This document shows, in pieces, positions 1-9,745 of a DNA stretch of 64,000 bases (its first letter is position 1; the number at the start of each line of letters is the position of its first letter). A program made the position numbers and the translations under genes. The notes under the pieces are model-generated. The model saw nothing but the letters and a program-made list of their open reading frames with translations. It did not search any database and was not told the origin of the DNA. The stretch is taken from positions 57,778-121,777 of the forward strand of contig JAGCNV010000058.1 in the NCBI GenBank assembly GCA_017645765.1, given 5' to 3'. The DNA comes from a bacterium. GTDB taxonomy: Bacteria > UBP6 > UBA1177.

Positions 1-402
1 GTAGCAGAAGATTTCTACGGCCTTGCCACTTACTATTACTACGACGCATACTCTTCCGGAAAGGGAGTCGGCAGCGAATCTGTTCCTGATCTGTTTGAAA
101 TCGGTTTCAATACTGAAGTACTTACAACCGGCATAGTCGAACTCTCAGGCGACTACAACAATCTGGGTGATGTTTATGTAGTTCTTTACGAAGACTACGA
201 CGTTGAGAACCAGACACTGGGAAAAACATACTTCCAGGAAAGCGGAACGCTCGATTTCACCGAAGTCAAGGCTGACACTATGGAATCCAAAGGCAACAGT
301 CCGTTCATCAGAGTCGTTGAAATCGACAACGATGTCCTTCCTGTACCCGGCGGAAAATGTTACGAAGTCGAAGACATCAGCTGGAATACAATCAGCAATT
401 AA
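1..402 (+). CDS. C-terminal fragment (5' end outside window) of a hypothetical secreted protein, paralogous to the two downstream lipoproteins
   Basis: Frame 1 is open from the window edge to TAA at 400-402. Translation ...GKTYFQESGTLDFTEV...GGKCYEVEDISWN shares the YFQ(K/E)xGT ... G(A/K)C module with the C-termini of ORFs 571-1665 and 1745-2593. Confidence 0.55.
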   Translation, partial: VAEDFYGLATYYYYDAYSSGKGVGSESVPDLFEIGFNTEVLTTGIVELSGDYNNLGDVYVVLYEDYDVENQTLGKTYFQESGTLDFTEVKADTMESKGNSPFIRVVEIDNDVLPVPGGKCYEVEDISWNTISN

Positions 403-504
403 TCCCCTGCCCTTGATTTTTTCTAGACAAAATTCATAAAATCACCAAAAATTTCCGATTCAAAACTTTATAATAAGCTGTGCCTTTGATCATCTCTGCA
501 AAAT

Positions 505-532
505 TTGATTTAACTCTTTCTTTTACTAAAAT
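505..532 (+). promoter_or_regulatory. Candidate sigma70-like promoter (TTGATT-16 nt-TAAAAT) upstream of the 571 lipoprotein gene
   Basis: -35 TTGATT at 505-510 and -10 TAAAAT at 527-532 with a 16-nt spacer, about 39 nt upstream of the ATG. Confidence 0.3.
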
Positions 533-570
533 ATTGCGCTTTTTGTTTATTAACGTTTTTTGGGAGATAT

Positions 571-1665
571 ATGATGAAAAAGTTTTTTACGATCACACTT
601 GCAGTTATCGCGGCATTCATGCTTACCGCATGCAGCGGAAAAAATCTTGAAGATCTGATCGAGGTTCCGGACACGGATAATACCGCAGATTCTTCCGAGA
701 CATCCACTGATAAGGACGGTGATACAAACAACAATCCGACAGAAACAACGGATACCACTGACACGGCTGACACAACCGATCCTACTGACGAACCAACCGA
801 TCCTACTGACGAACCAACAAATCCGACTGACGAGCCGACAAATCCCACTGACGAGCCGACAAATCCCACTGACGAGCCGACAAATCCCACTGATGAACCT
901 ACTGATCCGACCGAGCCGACAAATCCCACTGACGAACCAACAAATCCAACTGATGAACCAACTGATCCGACAGACGAACCTACGAATCCGACTGATGAAC
1001 CTACGAATCCAACGGACGAGCCGACGAATCCGACTGACGAACCAACAAATCCGACTGACGAACCGACGAATCCCACGGACGAACCGACCGATCCGACTGA
1101 GCCGACTACCGATCCGACTGATGAACCTACGAATCCCACGGATCCAACTACTGAGCCGACTACTGAGCCGACTACTGAGCCGACCGATCCGTTTGCGAGA
1201 TGCATTGAAATCACTCTCAGCAATACCGAGCTCAGCTACTACAAGCACTCACACGGCTCGGAGAAATACGACATATTCAAAGCAACCTACACTCCGAATA
1301 CCGGCTCAGCAACATCAGACACTTTCTATCTGGAATTTCACGGCCTTTCCGAGTATGATTATACAGACACTTTCATTCTTGCAGATATAAACCAGGGAAG
1401 CGACAGAGGACTTTTCTTATCTGTTCACGAAGACGAATACTGCGATTCCTACAGCGGTGACTGCCCTCACGGCAAAACCTACTTCCAGAAAGCTGGAACA
1501 GTTAAGGTCATAAGCGCGGAATTTAATTTCACCACCTCAAAAATAGATTTGCTTTCCGCGAGACTTAACGGCGTAGTGCTTGAAGAAACCGGAAACTCTG
1601 AAAAAGGTGCATGCCTTAAAATCAAGGATGATCCGACGGTTGAATATCATGGGTATTATTATTAA
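571..1665 (+). CDS. Lipoprotein with long Pro/Thr/Asp/Glu-rich (DEPTNPT)n repeat linker and a conserved C-terminal YFQ-GT domain
   Basis: N-terminus MMKKFFTITLAVIAAFMLTACSGK is a signal peptide with a lipobox Cys. About 140 aa of near-perfect heptad repeats follow. The C-terminal ~150 aa is paralogous to ORF 1745-2593 and to the fragment at 1-402. GAGAT(A)TATG-like RBS upstream. Confidence 0.8.
   Translation: MMKKFFTITLAVIAAFMLTACSGKNLEDLIEVPDTDNTADSSETSTDKDGDTNNNPTETTDTTDTADTTDPTDEPTDPTDEPTNPTDEPTNPTDEPTNPTDEPTNPTDEPTDPTEPTNPTDEPTNPTDEPTDPTDEPTNPTDEPTNPTDEPTNPTDEPTNPTDEPTNPTDEPTDPTEPTTDPTDEPTNPTDPTTEPTTEPTTEPTDPFARCIEITLSNTELSYYKHSHGSEKYDIFKATYTPNTGSATSDTFYLEFHGLSEYDYTDTFILADINQGSDRGLFLSVHEDEYCDSYSGDCPHGKTYFQKAGTVKVISAEFNFTTSKIDLLSARLNGVVLEETGNSEKGACLKIKDDPTVEYHGYYY
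760..1195 (+). repeat. In-frame tandem array of ~21-bp units (about 17-20 copies) encoding DEPTNPT/DEPTDPT
   Basis: Visible iteration of gacgagccgacaaatcccact and close variants. It generates long spurious ORFs in the other frames (510-1223-, 550-1248-, 719-1390+). Confidence 0.9.
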
Positions 1666-1744
1666 TCAAAAACCGTCCGTAGTTATAAAAATTTTCTCCA
1701 TTTTCCATACAAACATCAGGTTTTGCCCTGATTAAGAGGTTCTT

Positions 1745-2593
1745 ATGAAAATTCAGACAAAACTCGTATTTTTCATTGTTTTCGGATTGATTTTTGTCTC
1801 TTGCAGCGAAAAAAAGAGCTTTTACTATCCCCCTGACCAGACCGACTATGACAGCAACACGCAGGCAGCCGATAACGACAGCGCAAAAACAAACGATGAG
1901 GACAAAGAATCAGACGAAGACACCATGTCCGATAATGACGACATCATCGATACGGAAATCACCGGCGACGATGACGCGGCAACCGCTCCGGATGAAGACA
2001 TCCCGACCGTTGACAACGACATCGAAACAAATGACGACACTGAAGAACCGATGAACTGCACAGGTTTTTCACTTGATCCTGATGATGAACTTTTGGGTGA
2101 TATTCCGTCAACCATATACCACATAAAAATAGCCGGTAATATCTTGGGAGATCCGGATCACGAAGACATATTCGAGCTGCGGCTCGACCATGCCCGCGTT
2201 GACGGAGATCCTTATGTCGCGGCAGGAACCTACGATCTCGCAGACGGAGACAGCTGGCACAACACAAACTACTGGTCATGCTGGGAATGCGTTTCCGCCA
2301 CTCAGGACCGCAAAACGGATTCGGAAAAATTTTATTTTCAGAAAAGAGGTACACTGACAATAGAATCTGTTGACGAAACATATAATTTTCAGGGAACTCT
2401 TTCCGCCGTTCTCGTCGAATCAAAACTTGACGACTACTGGGTTTCATCCACTGTAGACAACGGCGCCTGTATCGAAATCGAAACATCTTTCAAAGCAACA
2501 ACAGTATGCAGTCTCGGCTGCGAAAATGTTATATGCGGCGAAACGAACGCATGCGGTATACTCTGCGAAACAGGCTGCATCCCGACATTATAA
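1745..2593 (+). CDS. Lipoprotein with acidic (Asp-rich) linker and Cys-rich C-terminal YFQ-GT domain (paralog of 571-1665)
   Basis: MKIQTKLVFFIVFGLIFVSCSEKK lipobox, then a D/E/T-rich linker. The C-terminus ...SEKFYFQKRGTLTIE...DNGACIEIE aligns with ...GKTYFQKAGTVKVI...EKGACLKIK of the upstream gene. AAGAGG RBS upstream. Confidence 0.8.
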   Translation: MKIQTKLVFFIVFGLIFVSCSEKKSFYYPPDQTDYDSNTQAADNDSAKTNDEDKESDEDTMSDNDDIIDTEITGDDDAATAPDEDIPTVDNDIETNDDTEEPMNCTGFSLDPDDELLGDIPSTIYHIKIAGNILGDPDHEDIFELRLDHARVDGDPYVAAGTYDLADGDSWHNTNYWSCWECVSATQDRKTDSEKFYFQKRGTLTIESVDETYNFQGTLSAVLVESKLDDYWVSSTVDNGACIEIETSFKATTVCSLGCENVICGETNACGILCETGCIPTL

Positions 2594-2668
2594 AACCAAG
2601 AAATCTTAATTGACTAAAATTCTCTTTTTTGTATCATCTCCCGCTTTTGATTTTTTTGAGGTCATTTA

Positions 2669-5074
2669 ATGAAAAAATCTATTTATTATGCAATTTTCCT
2701 TTTGTCGTTAGCAGGGCTTGCGCTTGAAAACAGCCTTACACGAATTTTCAGCATAACTATGTGGTATCACTACGCTTTCATGGCAATATCGGTCGCTATG
2801 CTCGGTATGAGTACCGGAGCTGTCAAAGTCTATTTGGCCGATTTTGCTTCCAAAACGGATGAAGAACTGGAAGCGCTTATTTCAAAATACAGCCGGCTTT
2901 TCGCGTTTTCTCTCATTGTTTCTCTGCTGACGCTCCTCTCGATCCCGTTCGTCCCCCGCCCTACAGGCATAGGATACTTTACAACCGCACTCATTTATAC
3001 CGTTGCCGCGGTTCCGTTCTATTTTGAAGGGGTCGCAGTTTCTTTAATTCTCGCCACGAAGTACATAAAACAGGCAAACAGACTTTATGCAGCCGATCTC
3101 GCAGGAGCCGCAGCAGGCTCGATCGCGTTTTTCTCCCTCCTTTCTGTGACCGATGCGGTAAGCGCAATAATTTTCATTTCAAGTTTCGGATTTTTCTCGG
3201 CTTTTGCTGTTTCAAAGAAAAAATCGGATCTCGCTCTGGCAATCTGCATCATTATTTTTTCCGTTTTCAACTACACCGGAAGAATCTTCAAAATCGAATG
3301 GACTAAAGTTGACGAAGGTGTCCTCGAAGCGGCTGTTGAACGTAATATCGAATGGGAAAGCTGGACTCCGTTTTCACGCATAACGGTTGCTCCTATGTTA
3401 AACGACAATGGTTTCGGATGGGGCATTTCAGGCAAAATGATGTCGCAGTTCCAAGATTACAAAGTCGAGCAGAAAAACCTGAAAATAGATTCAGCAGCGG
3501 CAACTGTAATTACGAAAAACACGATGCAGATATCAAATTTGATTCATCTGCGATACGATATCACCAACTTTGCGCACTATCTCTTCCCTCACTCAAAAGT
3601 CGGCGTCATCGGTGTCGGCGGCGGCAGAGATATCCTTTCGGCACTACATTTCGCTCAGGAAGAAGTTTGGGGAATCGAGATAAACGGGCGCATTCTTGAG
3701 GCTCTGACAAAAGTATATTCAAATTATACCTACAACATATCGGCACTTCCGAATGTTCATCTTATCGAAGACGAAGCACGCAATTTCTTTGAGAAAAACG
3801 ATATGCAGTTTGATCTGATTCAGGCAAGTCTCATAGATTCATGGGCTGCAACCGCTTCGGGTGCTTTCGTTCTCACTGAAAACTCGCTCTACACGATTGA
3901 AGCGTGGAAAACTTTCTATTCACGTCTTTCCGATAAAGGCGCGATCACAATGAGCCGCTGGTATTATCCGAAACGCCCAGGAGAACTTCTGCGCCTCGTA
4001 AATCTTGCTTACGAGACACTGCTTGAATCAGGCGTTAAAGAGCCGGCAAAACACATAATTCTTGTTGCTGTTGACTACTTTCCTGCTGAAGTTCCTATAG
4101 AAAAACATTTCGGTTCAGGAACGATCATCCTCTCAAAAAAGCCGTTAAAAAAAGGAATCATCGAAGAAGCCAAAAAACTTGCCGACAACTATGGTTTTGA
4201 AATACTCGTCGCAGGCGGTGAAGAAAAGGATTCCGATTTCAAAAGTATCATAACTCCGGAAAAACGCGAAATTTTCATGGCAAATTACCCGCTGGATCTC
4301 ACACCGCCGACAGATGACAACCCCTTCTTTTTCAATATGCTCAAGCCTTCAGCCGTCATCACGGGAAAAAATGTCGAATCGGAAGGAGTCCTTTCAACGA
4401 ACCTCATGGCGATACACAACCTTCTCTGGCTGATCGCTATAGTCGTTGTTCTCTCGCTTTTCCTCATAATAATCCCGCTGATTTCGAAGATGAAAACCGG
4501 AGTTGCAAAAGCCGTCTTCAACCGCTACACAGCTTATTTTACCGCTTTGGGAATCGGTTTTATGCTGATCGAAATATCGCTCATCCAGAAATTCGCCGTA
4601 TTTCTCGGGCATCCTACATACAGTATTCTTGTCGTTCTTTTCACAATGCTTCTTTTCAGTGGTCTCGGCAGCTTTACAAGCAAAAAACTGCGTGAAAAAG
4701 TCGGCGTCAAAGGGCTGTTTATACTGCTTATTCTGGTCGTTGCAACAGTCGGATCATCAAATATGTTCATTCTTCCTTTATTTAATTCCTGGTCGATAGC
4801 TCCGCGTATAATATACAGTTTCGTGACAATGGCTCTTGCAGGATTTTTCATGGGAATGCCCTTCCCGACCGGTCTTTCGCTGCTCAATAAAAAAGTCAGC
4901 GAATCGGCTCCGTGGTTCTGGGGTGTAAACGGCGCGGCAAGCGTTGTAAGTTCCGTAGTTGCCACGGCAATTTCAATTTTTTACGGCATCTCGGCGACAT
5001 TTTTCACAGGTCTTTTCTGCTACTTCGCAGCTTTTGCAGCTGGTATACTTATAGAAAAAGCGGCAGACAAATAA
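2669..5074 (+). CDS. Polytopic membrane protein with an embedded spermidine/spermine synthase-like (class I SAM-MTase-fold aminopropyltransferase-like) domain
   Basis: 801 aa with multiple hydrophobic helices at the N- and C-termini. The central segment VGVIGVGGGRDILSAL...GIEINGRILEA...LIEDEARNFF...DLIQASLIDSW...AFVLTENSLYT resembles the spermidine synthase (SpeE) fold, with glycine-rich loop and acidic residues. Confidence 0.65.
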   Translation: MKKSIYYAIFLLSLAGLALENSLTRIFSITMWYHYAFMAISVAMLGMSTGAVKVYLADFASKTDEELEALISKYSRLFAFSLIVSLLTLLSIPFVPRPTGIGYFTTALIYTVAAVPFYFEGVAVSLILATKYIKQANRLYAADLAGAAAGSIAFFSLLSVTDAVSAIIFISSFGFFSAFAVSKKKSDLALAICIIIFSVFNYTGRIFKIEWTKVDEGVLEAAVERNIEWESWTPFSRITVAPMLNDNGFGWGISGKMMSQFQDYKVEQKNLKIDSAAATVITKNTMQISNLIHLRYDITNFAHYLFPHSKVGVIGVGGGRDILSALHFAQEEVWGIEINGRILEALTKVYSNYTYNISALPNVHLIEDEARNFFEKNDMQFDLIQASLIDSWAATASGAFVLTENSLYTIEAWKTFYSRLSDKGAITMSRWYYPKRPGELLRLVNLAYETLLESGVKEPAKHIILVAVDYFPAEVPIEKHFGSGTIILSKKPLKKGIIEEAKKLADNYGFEILVAGGEEKDSDFKSIITPEKREIFMANYPLDLTPPTDDNPFFFNMLKPSAVITGKNVESEGVLSTNLMAIHNLLWLIAIVVVLSLFLIIIPLISKMKTGVAKAVFNRYTAYFTALGIGFMLIEISLIQKFAVFLGHPTYSILVVLFTMLLFSGLGSFTSKKLREKVGVKGLFILLILVVATVGSSNMFILPLFNSWSIAPRIIYSFVTMALAGFFMGMPFPTGLSLLNKKVSESAPWFWGVNGAASVVSSVVATAISIFYGISATFFTGLFCYFAAFAAGILIEKAADK

Positions 5075-5137
5075 CACTCTTCGAGACATACGATCGGCAA
5101 AAAATGCCTTAACGAAATATTTATTTACGATCTTTTA

Positions 5138-7762
5138 TTAGATATTCTTCAATAATTCAGAGAACTTGTTGAAATCAACAGCCGGAGCGCCGCCCTGAGC
5201 CATATCGGGTTTTCCGCCGCCTCTGCCTCCGAATTCGGCAAGGATATTTTTGAGGATATTTCCTGCGTGGAACTTGGTTTTTGCAACGCCAGTCGCAGAA
5301 ATTATGACAAGTGCTTTCCCTGCATCATCGCCTACGACCGCAATAACGGCGTTATCGAACTTAGCCTTGAGCGAATCGACGAGTTCAAGCGATTCCGCGC
5401 GGTTTTTGCCAGAATTTATCGCAAAAATCTTGGTTCCGTCCTTTTCGCAGATCGGAGCAAGCGAAGCAGTCTGCATCGCTGCGAGTTTTTTGCCGGCCTC
5501 TTTGAGTTCGCGTGAAAGCTGTTTTGCCGTGTCGATCTGCTTTTCGACTCCTTTGACTACAAGCGATTTCTCGCTGCCCGTCATTTCGGCGATCGATGTT
5601 ATCGTTTCATCGTATTCCTGGAAAAGAGCGAGCGCACCGAGTCCTGTCACAGCCTCAATTCTGCGGACTCCAGCCGCTATTCCTTCTTCTTTCACGATTT
5701 TGAAAAGACCGATGTCACCCGTTGCTCTTACGTGCGTTCCGCCGCAAAGTTCCTTGCTTTCACCCATCGTTACGACACGGACGTTTTCACCGTATTTTTC
5801 GCCGAAAAGTGCCATCGCGCCCTCTTTCTTGGCCTCTTCGATCCCTTTTACGACCGTATTCTGCGGAGAGTTCGCCACGATCATACGGTTTACTTCGGTT
5901 TCAACGCGCTTGAGTTCCTCTTTCGTCACAGCCTGGAAGTGGTTGAAGTCGAAACGGAGCCTGTCGGGGCCGACCAGTGAACCGGCCTGGTTGACGTGCG
6001 TTCCCAAAACCATCTTCAGAGCGCGGTGCAGAAGGTGCGTCGCCGAGTGGTTGCGCCTTGTTGCAGAGCGTCTTTCGTGGTCAAGTTCCTGCTGAACGGT
6101 GTCACCGGTATTCAGAACATCGAGAACTTCGAGTTTGGCGACTTTTACATCGTGAACTTTTATCACATCAAGCACTTTCGCCGCGATCTTGCCGTTTTTC
6201 ATGACTTTTCCGTTATCGGCAAGCTGGCCGCCAGATTCCGCGTAGAAAACTATCGGATCAAAAATTGCGTAGCAGTTTCCATAGCTTACGCTCTCTTTTT
6301 TCGTAAATTCATCGTCAAAAAGAGCGACTATTTTTCCTTCGCACTCTTCCGTGTCGTAGCCTTTGAAAACAGGCTCTTTCATGCCGCCGTCAAGCAGTTC
6401 CTTGACAGCCGAAAGCTTCTGTGAATCCATTTTCGCGCTCCACGAAGCCTTTCCGCGCTGCTTCTGCTCCTGCATCGCCTTTTCGTATTCAGCCTGATTG
6501 AAGGAGAAACCTTTCTCTTCAAGGATCGTTTCGGTGAGGTCTGACGGGAATCCGTAGGTATCGTAAAGTTTGAAAACAAGCTCGCCCGGGAACTCTTTTC
6601 TGCCGTTTGCGAGCATCTCTTTCAAGCCGTCGTCAAGCAGAGCCAGACCTTTGTCCAGAGTCTGTCTGAAACGCGCTTCCTCGTCGCGGACGATGTTGAG
6701 TATAAGTTCCTGTTTTTCGACAAGTTCCGGATAGTGGTTCCCCATGATTCTGATGACTTCGCCGCAGACTTTCCAGAAGAAAAGTTCGTTGAAACCGAGT
6801 TTGTGACCGTGTCTGATCGCTCTGCGCATGATCCTGCGGAGAACGTATCCCCTTCCCTCGTTTGACGGCGTGATCGTGTCTGCGATGAGGAAAGATGTGC
6901 TTCTCGCATGGTCTGCGATAACATTGAGACTTGATCTGAGCTCAGCCGGAACAGTCTTTCCGAGCAGATTTTCGGTGAAACGGATCAGATCCTGGAAAAT
7001 GTCGATATCGTAATTTGAAAGTTTACCGTTGAGTATCGAAGTTATTCTCTCAAGTCCCATTCCGGTGTCAATATTAGGTTTCGGAAGCGGAGTCAGTTTG
7101 CCGCTTTCATCGCGGTTGAACTGCATGAAGACGAGGTTCCAGATCTCGACGAACCTGCCGCAGTCGAAGTCGGGCATTCCGTTGTCGAAGAAGGGTTTTT
7201 CGGCATGGAAACCTTCACCCAAGTCGTAATGGATCTCGCTGCACGGACCGCACGGGCCTGTATCGCCCATCTGCCAGAAGTTGTCGTGCTCGTCAAGACG
7301 GAAAATGTGCTTCGGATCGACGTCTGTATTTTTCAGCCAGAGCTGCTCTGCCTCGTCATCTTCTCTGAAAACCGTGACATAAAGGCGCGATTTGTCGAGT
7401 TTGAAAACTTCCGTGATAAGTTCCCATGCATATTTTATCGCATCTTCCTTGAAGTAGTCGCCGAAAGAGAAGTTTCCGAGCATCTCGAAGAAAGTGTGGT
7501 GTCTTGTCGTGAAACCGACATTCTCAAGGTCGTTGTGCTTTCCGCCCGCTCTGACGCACTTCTGGGCACTGCATGCACGGGTATAGCTTCTTTTTTCAAG
7601 CCCTAAAAACAGCTTTTTGAACTGGTTCATTCCGGCGTTAGCGAAAAGAAGAGTGTTGTCTTCAGCCGGAAGAAGCGGCGAACTTGCAACTTCGGTGTGG
7701 CCTTTAGCTTTGAAGAAATCCAAAAAAGTCCTTCTGACTTTGTCTATCGTCCAGTTTTCCAT
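5138..7762 (-). CDS. alaS: Alanine--tRNA ligase
   Basis: 874-aa protein starting MENWTIDKVRRTFLDFFKAKGH, with class II aaRS motifs and the full-length C-terminal editing and DHHA1-like region. GGAGG RBS 5 nt upstream of ATG 7762; the track ORF extends 7 codons further upstream. Confidence 0.95.
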   Translation of the reverse strand: MENWTIDKVRRTFLDFFKAKGHTEVASSPLLPAEDNTLLFANAGMNQFKKLFLGLEKRSYTRACSAQKCVRAGGKHNDLENVGFTTRHHTFFEMLGNFSFGDYFKEDAIKYAWELITEVFKLDKSRLYVTVFREDDEAEQLWLKNTDVDPKHIFRLDEHDNFWQMGDTGPCGPCSEIHYDLGEGFHAEKPFFDNGMPDFDCGRFVEIWNLVFMQFNRDESGKLTPLPKPNIDTGMGLERITSILNGKLSNYDIDIFQDLIRFTENLLGKTVPAELRSSLNVIADHARSTSFLIADTITPSNEGRGYVLRRIMRRAIRHGHKLGFNELFFWKVCGEVIRIMGNHYPELVEKQELILNIVRDEEARFRQTLDKGLALLDDGLKEMLANGRKEFPGELVFKLYDTYGFPSDLTETILEEKGFSFNQAEYEKAMQEQKQRGKASWSAKMDSQKLSAVKELLDGGMKEPVFKGYDTEECEGKIVALFDDEFTKKESVSYGNCYAIFDPIVFYAESGGQLADNGKVMKNGKIAAKVLDVIKVHDVKVAKLEVLDVLNTGDTVQQELDHERRSATRRNHSATHLLHRALKMVLGTHVNQAGSLVGPDRLRFDFNHFQAVTKEELKRVETEVNRMIVANSPQNTVVKGIEEAKKEGAMALFGEKYGENVRVVTMGESKELCGGTHVRATGDIGLFKIVKEEGIAAGVRRIEAVTGLGALALFQEYDETITSIAEMTGSEKSLVVKGVEKQIDTAKQLSRELKEAGKKLAAMQTASLAPICEKDGTKIFAINSGKNRAESLELVDSLKAKFDNAVIAVVGDDAGKALVIISATGVAKTKFHAGNILKNILAEFGGRGGGKPDMAQGGAPAVDFNKFSELLKNI

Positions 7763-7804
7763 AATTCCCTCCATAAAAAACAAAATCGCGCGATTGTAGT
7801 TTTG

Positions 7805-7832
7805 TTTGTGCTTTTCTCAAGAAAAAATATAA
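7805..7832 (+). promoter_or_regulatory. Candidate sigma70-like promoter (TTGTGC-16-TATAAT) for pepF
   Basis: -35 at 7805-7810 and -10 TATAAT at 7827-7832, about 44 nt upstream of the pepF start. It lies in the divergent alaS/pepF intergenic region. Confidence 0.3.
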
Positions 7833-7875
7833 TGCCCCGCAATTTGTTTATGAACATTTGATTTGGAGGAAAAAA

Positions 7876-9672
7876 ATGCTGAAAAGAAACGAAGTCGACC
7901 CGAAAAACTGCTGGCAGACGAGCCACCTTTACAAAAACGAAGAAGAAGTCGCAAACGAATTCCAGTGCATCGAAAAAGACACTGCCGAAATCGTGAAATT
8001 CGCCGGAAAACTCGGTGAAAAGGAAACTCTTCTCAAAGCTCTCAGAATCTCGAGCGACGCCATGAGAAGAGGCGCGAAACTTCAGTGCTACGCAGACAGA
8101 AACCGTGATGTCGACATGAGCGTCGGCAAATGGCAGGAACTTTCCGGTATGGCGGCTGCGGCTATGACAAAAATGGCGGCTGCAAGCTCTTTCATGGAGC
8201 CTGAACTCCTCTCCTACAGCGAGGAAAAACTTCTCGGCTTCAGAAACGACCCCGATTTCAGTGATTTTTCAAGATATTTCGACGCGATTCTTCTGAACAA
8301 GCCGCACACTCTCTCAGAACCTGAAGAGAAGATCATGGCTGAGTTCGGCGGACTCGCTCTCGGCGAATACGAAACCTACTCCACTTTCGCTTCGGCGGAC
8401 ATGAAGTTCCCCGAAATCGAACTTGAAGGCGAAAAAATGGAAGCAAATATCCAGACTTACGCAAGATTCCGCCAGAGCGACAACCGCGAGACGAGAAAGA
8501 AAATCTTCGACGTTTTCTGGAAGACCTACGACAGCTACAAAAATTCGCTTGCGAAGATGCTCCACTACCAGACAAAATACTACGCGACAGTAGCGAAAAT
8601 CAGAAAATATTCCGACGCTCTCGACAAGGAGATGAAGGAAAACGAGCTTCCGTCGAATTTCTTCTACACTCTGCGTGACAATGTCCGCGCCATCCTGCCT
8701 GCACTTCACGAATATCTGGCACTCAAAAAGGAAGTCCTCAATATTCCCGATCAAGGTTACCACGATATTTACGCAACGATGGTAAAAGGCGGCAACAGCA
8801 GAGTTTACACCTACGAAGATTCCGTAAAACTCGTAAACGAAGCAATGTCCTGCATGACCGACGAATACAGAAAAGCTATTGCAGAAGCGATGGATCCCGC
8901 AAACGGCTGGGTCGACATCTATCCGAACGAAGGCAAAGTCAGCGGCGCATACATGGAAGGCATGGCTTACGACACGCATCCATACGTTCTCCTCAACCAC
9001 ATTGACGACTACAATTCGGCTTCGACGCTCGCTCACGAAATGGGACACGCGATCCATTCCTACTACTCCAACAAGTTCCAGCCTTATGAAAAGTCGCAGT
9101 ACACGATCTTCGTTGCCGAAGTCGCAAGCACATTCAACGAGATCATGCTCATCAACCGCCTTATCGACACGACACAGGACAAGGAAGAGAAAAAATTCCT
9201 CCTCAACCACTTCATCGAAATGGCAAGAGCGACCGTTTTCAGACAGATGCAGTTCGCCGAATTTGAAGACGGGATCTACAAGAAAGTCGAAGCGGGCGAA
9301 GTTCTCACTCCCGAATTCCTCAACGGCATCTACGGTCAGACTTTAAGCAGATACTACGGCGAAGAATACGGCCTCATGAAGATCGACGAACTCTACAAGA
9401 ACGAGTGGGCTTTCGTTCCTCATTTCTACTACAACTACTACGTTTACAAGTATGTCGTCGGCTTTATCGGCGCTCTTTCGCTCGCTGAAGGCGTCAGAAG
9501 CGGCAAAATCCCGGCAGAGCAGTACATCAACGGATTCCTCAAGGCAGGGACCTCGAAACCGCCTATCGAGATCCTTAAGGATGCAGGCGTCGACATGACC
9601 GATATCGCGCCTTACAAAATGTTCGAGAAAGTTTTCGTCGAAAAACTTCAGCAGCTCAAGGAACTGCTTTAA
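7876..9672 (+). CDS. pepF: Oligoendopeptidase F (M3B family metallopeptidase)
   Basis: HEMGHAIH zinc-binding HExxH motif. Length (~598 aa) and overall sequence are typical of PepF. GGAGG RBS at 7864-7868. Confidence 0.9.
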   Translation: MLKRNEVDPKNCWQTSHLYKNEEEVANEFQCIEKDTAEIVKFAGKLGEKETLLKALRISSDAMRRGAKLQCYADRNRDVDMSVGKWQELSGMAAAAMTKMAAASSFMEPELLSYSEEKLLGFRNDPDFSDFSRYFDAILLNKPHTLSEPEEKIMAEFGGLALGEYETYSTFASADMKFPEIELEGEKMEANIQTYARFRQSDNRETRKKIFDVFWKTYDSYKNSLAKMLHYQTKYYATVAKIRKYSDALDKEMKENELPSNFFYTLRDNVRAILPALHEYLALKKEVLNIPDQGYHDIYATMVKGGNSRVYTYEDSVKLVNEAMSCMTDEYRKAIAEAMDPANGWVDIYPNEGKVSGAYMEGMAYDTHPYVLLNHIDDYNSASTLAHEMGHAIHSYYSNKFQPYEKSQYTIFVAEVASTFNEIMLINRLIDTTQDKEEKKFLLNHFIEMARATVFRQMQFAEFEDGIYKKVEAGEVLTPEFLNGIYGQTLSRYYGEEYGLMKIDELYKNEWAFVPHFYYNYYVYKYVVGFIGALSLAEGVRSGKIPAEQYINGFLKAGTSKPPIEILKDAGVDMTDIAPYKMFEKVFVEKLQQLKELL

Positions 9673-9696
9673 AGATCCAATAAAATCAACACATTA

Positions 9697-9745
9697 GGCA
9701 TAGAGACATCATATTATTGGCGTCTCTGCAAACAATTTATTTTTC
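9697..9745. terminator. Weak stem-loop between convergent pepF and the HD-GYP gene (possible bidirectional terminator)
   Basis: AGAGAC ... GTCTCT inverted repeat (6-7 bp stem, ~14-nt loop) followed by a TTTATTTTT run. The stem is short. Confidence 0.2.

Noticed and set aside
510-1390. Long ORFs 510-1223(-), 550-1248(-), 719-1390(+) with repetitive translations (VGSSVGF..., SRIRRFV..., IRLTNQQ...)
   Set aside because: They are alternative-frame read-throughs of the 21-bp (DEPTNPT)n minisatellite. Only the + frame with signal peptide, RBS and the conserved C-terminal domain is credible.
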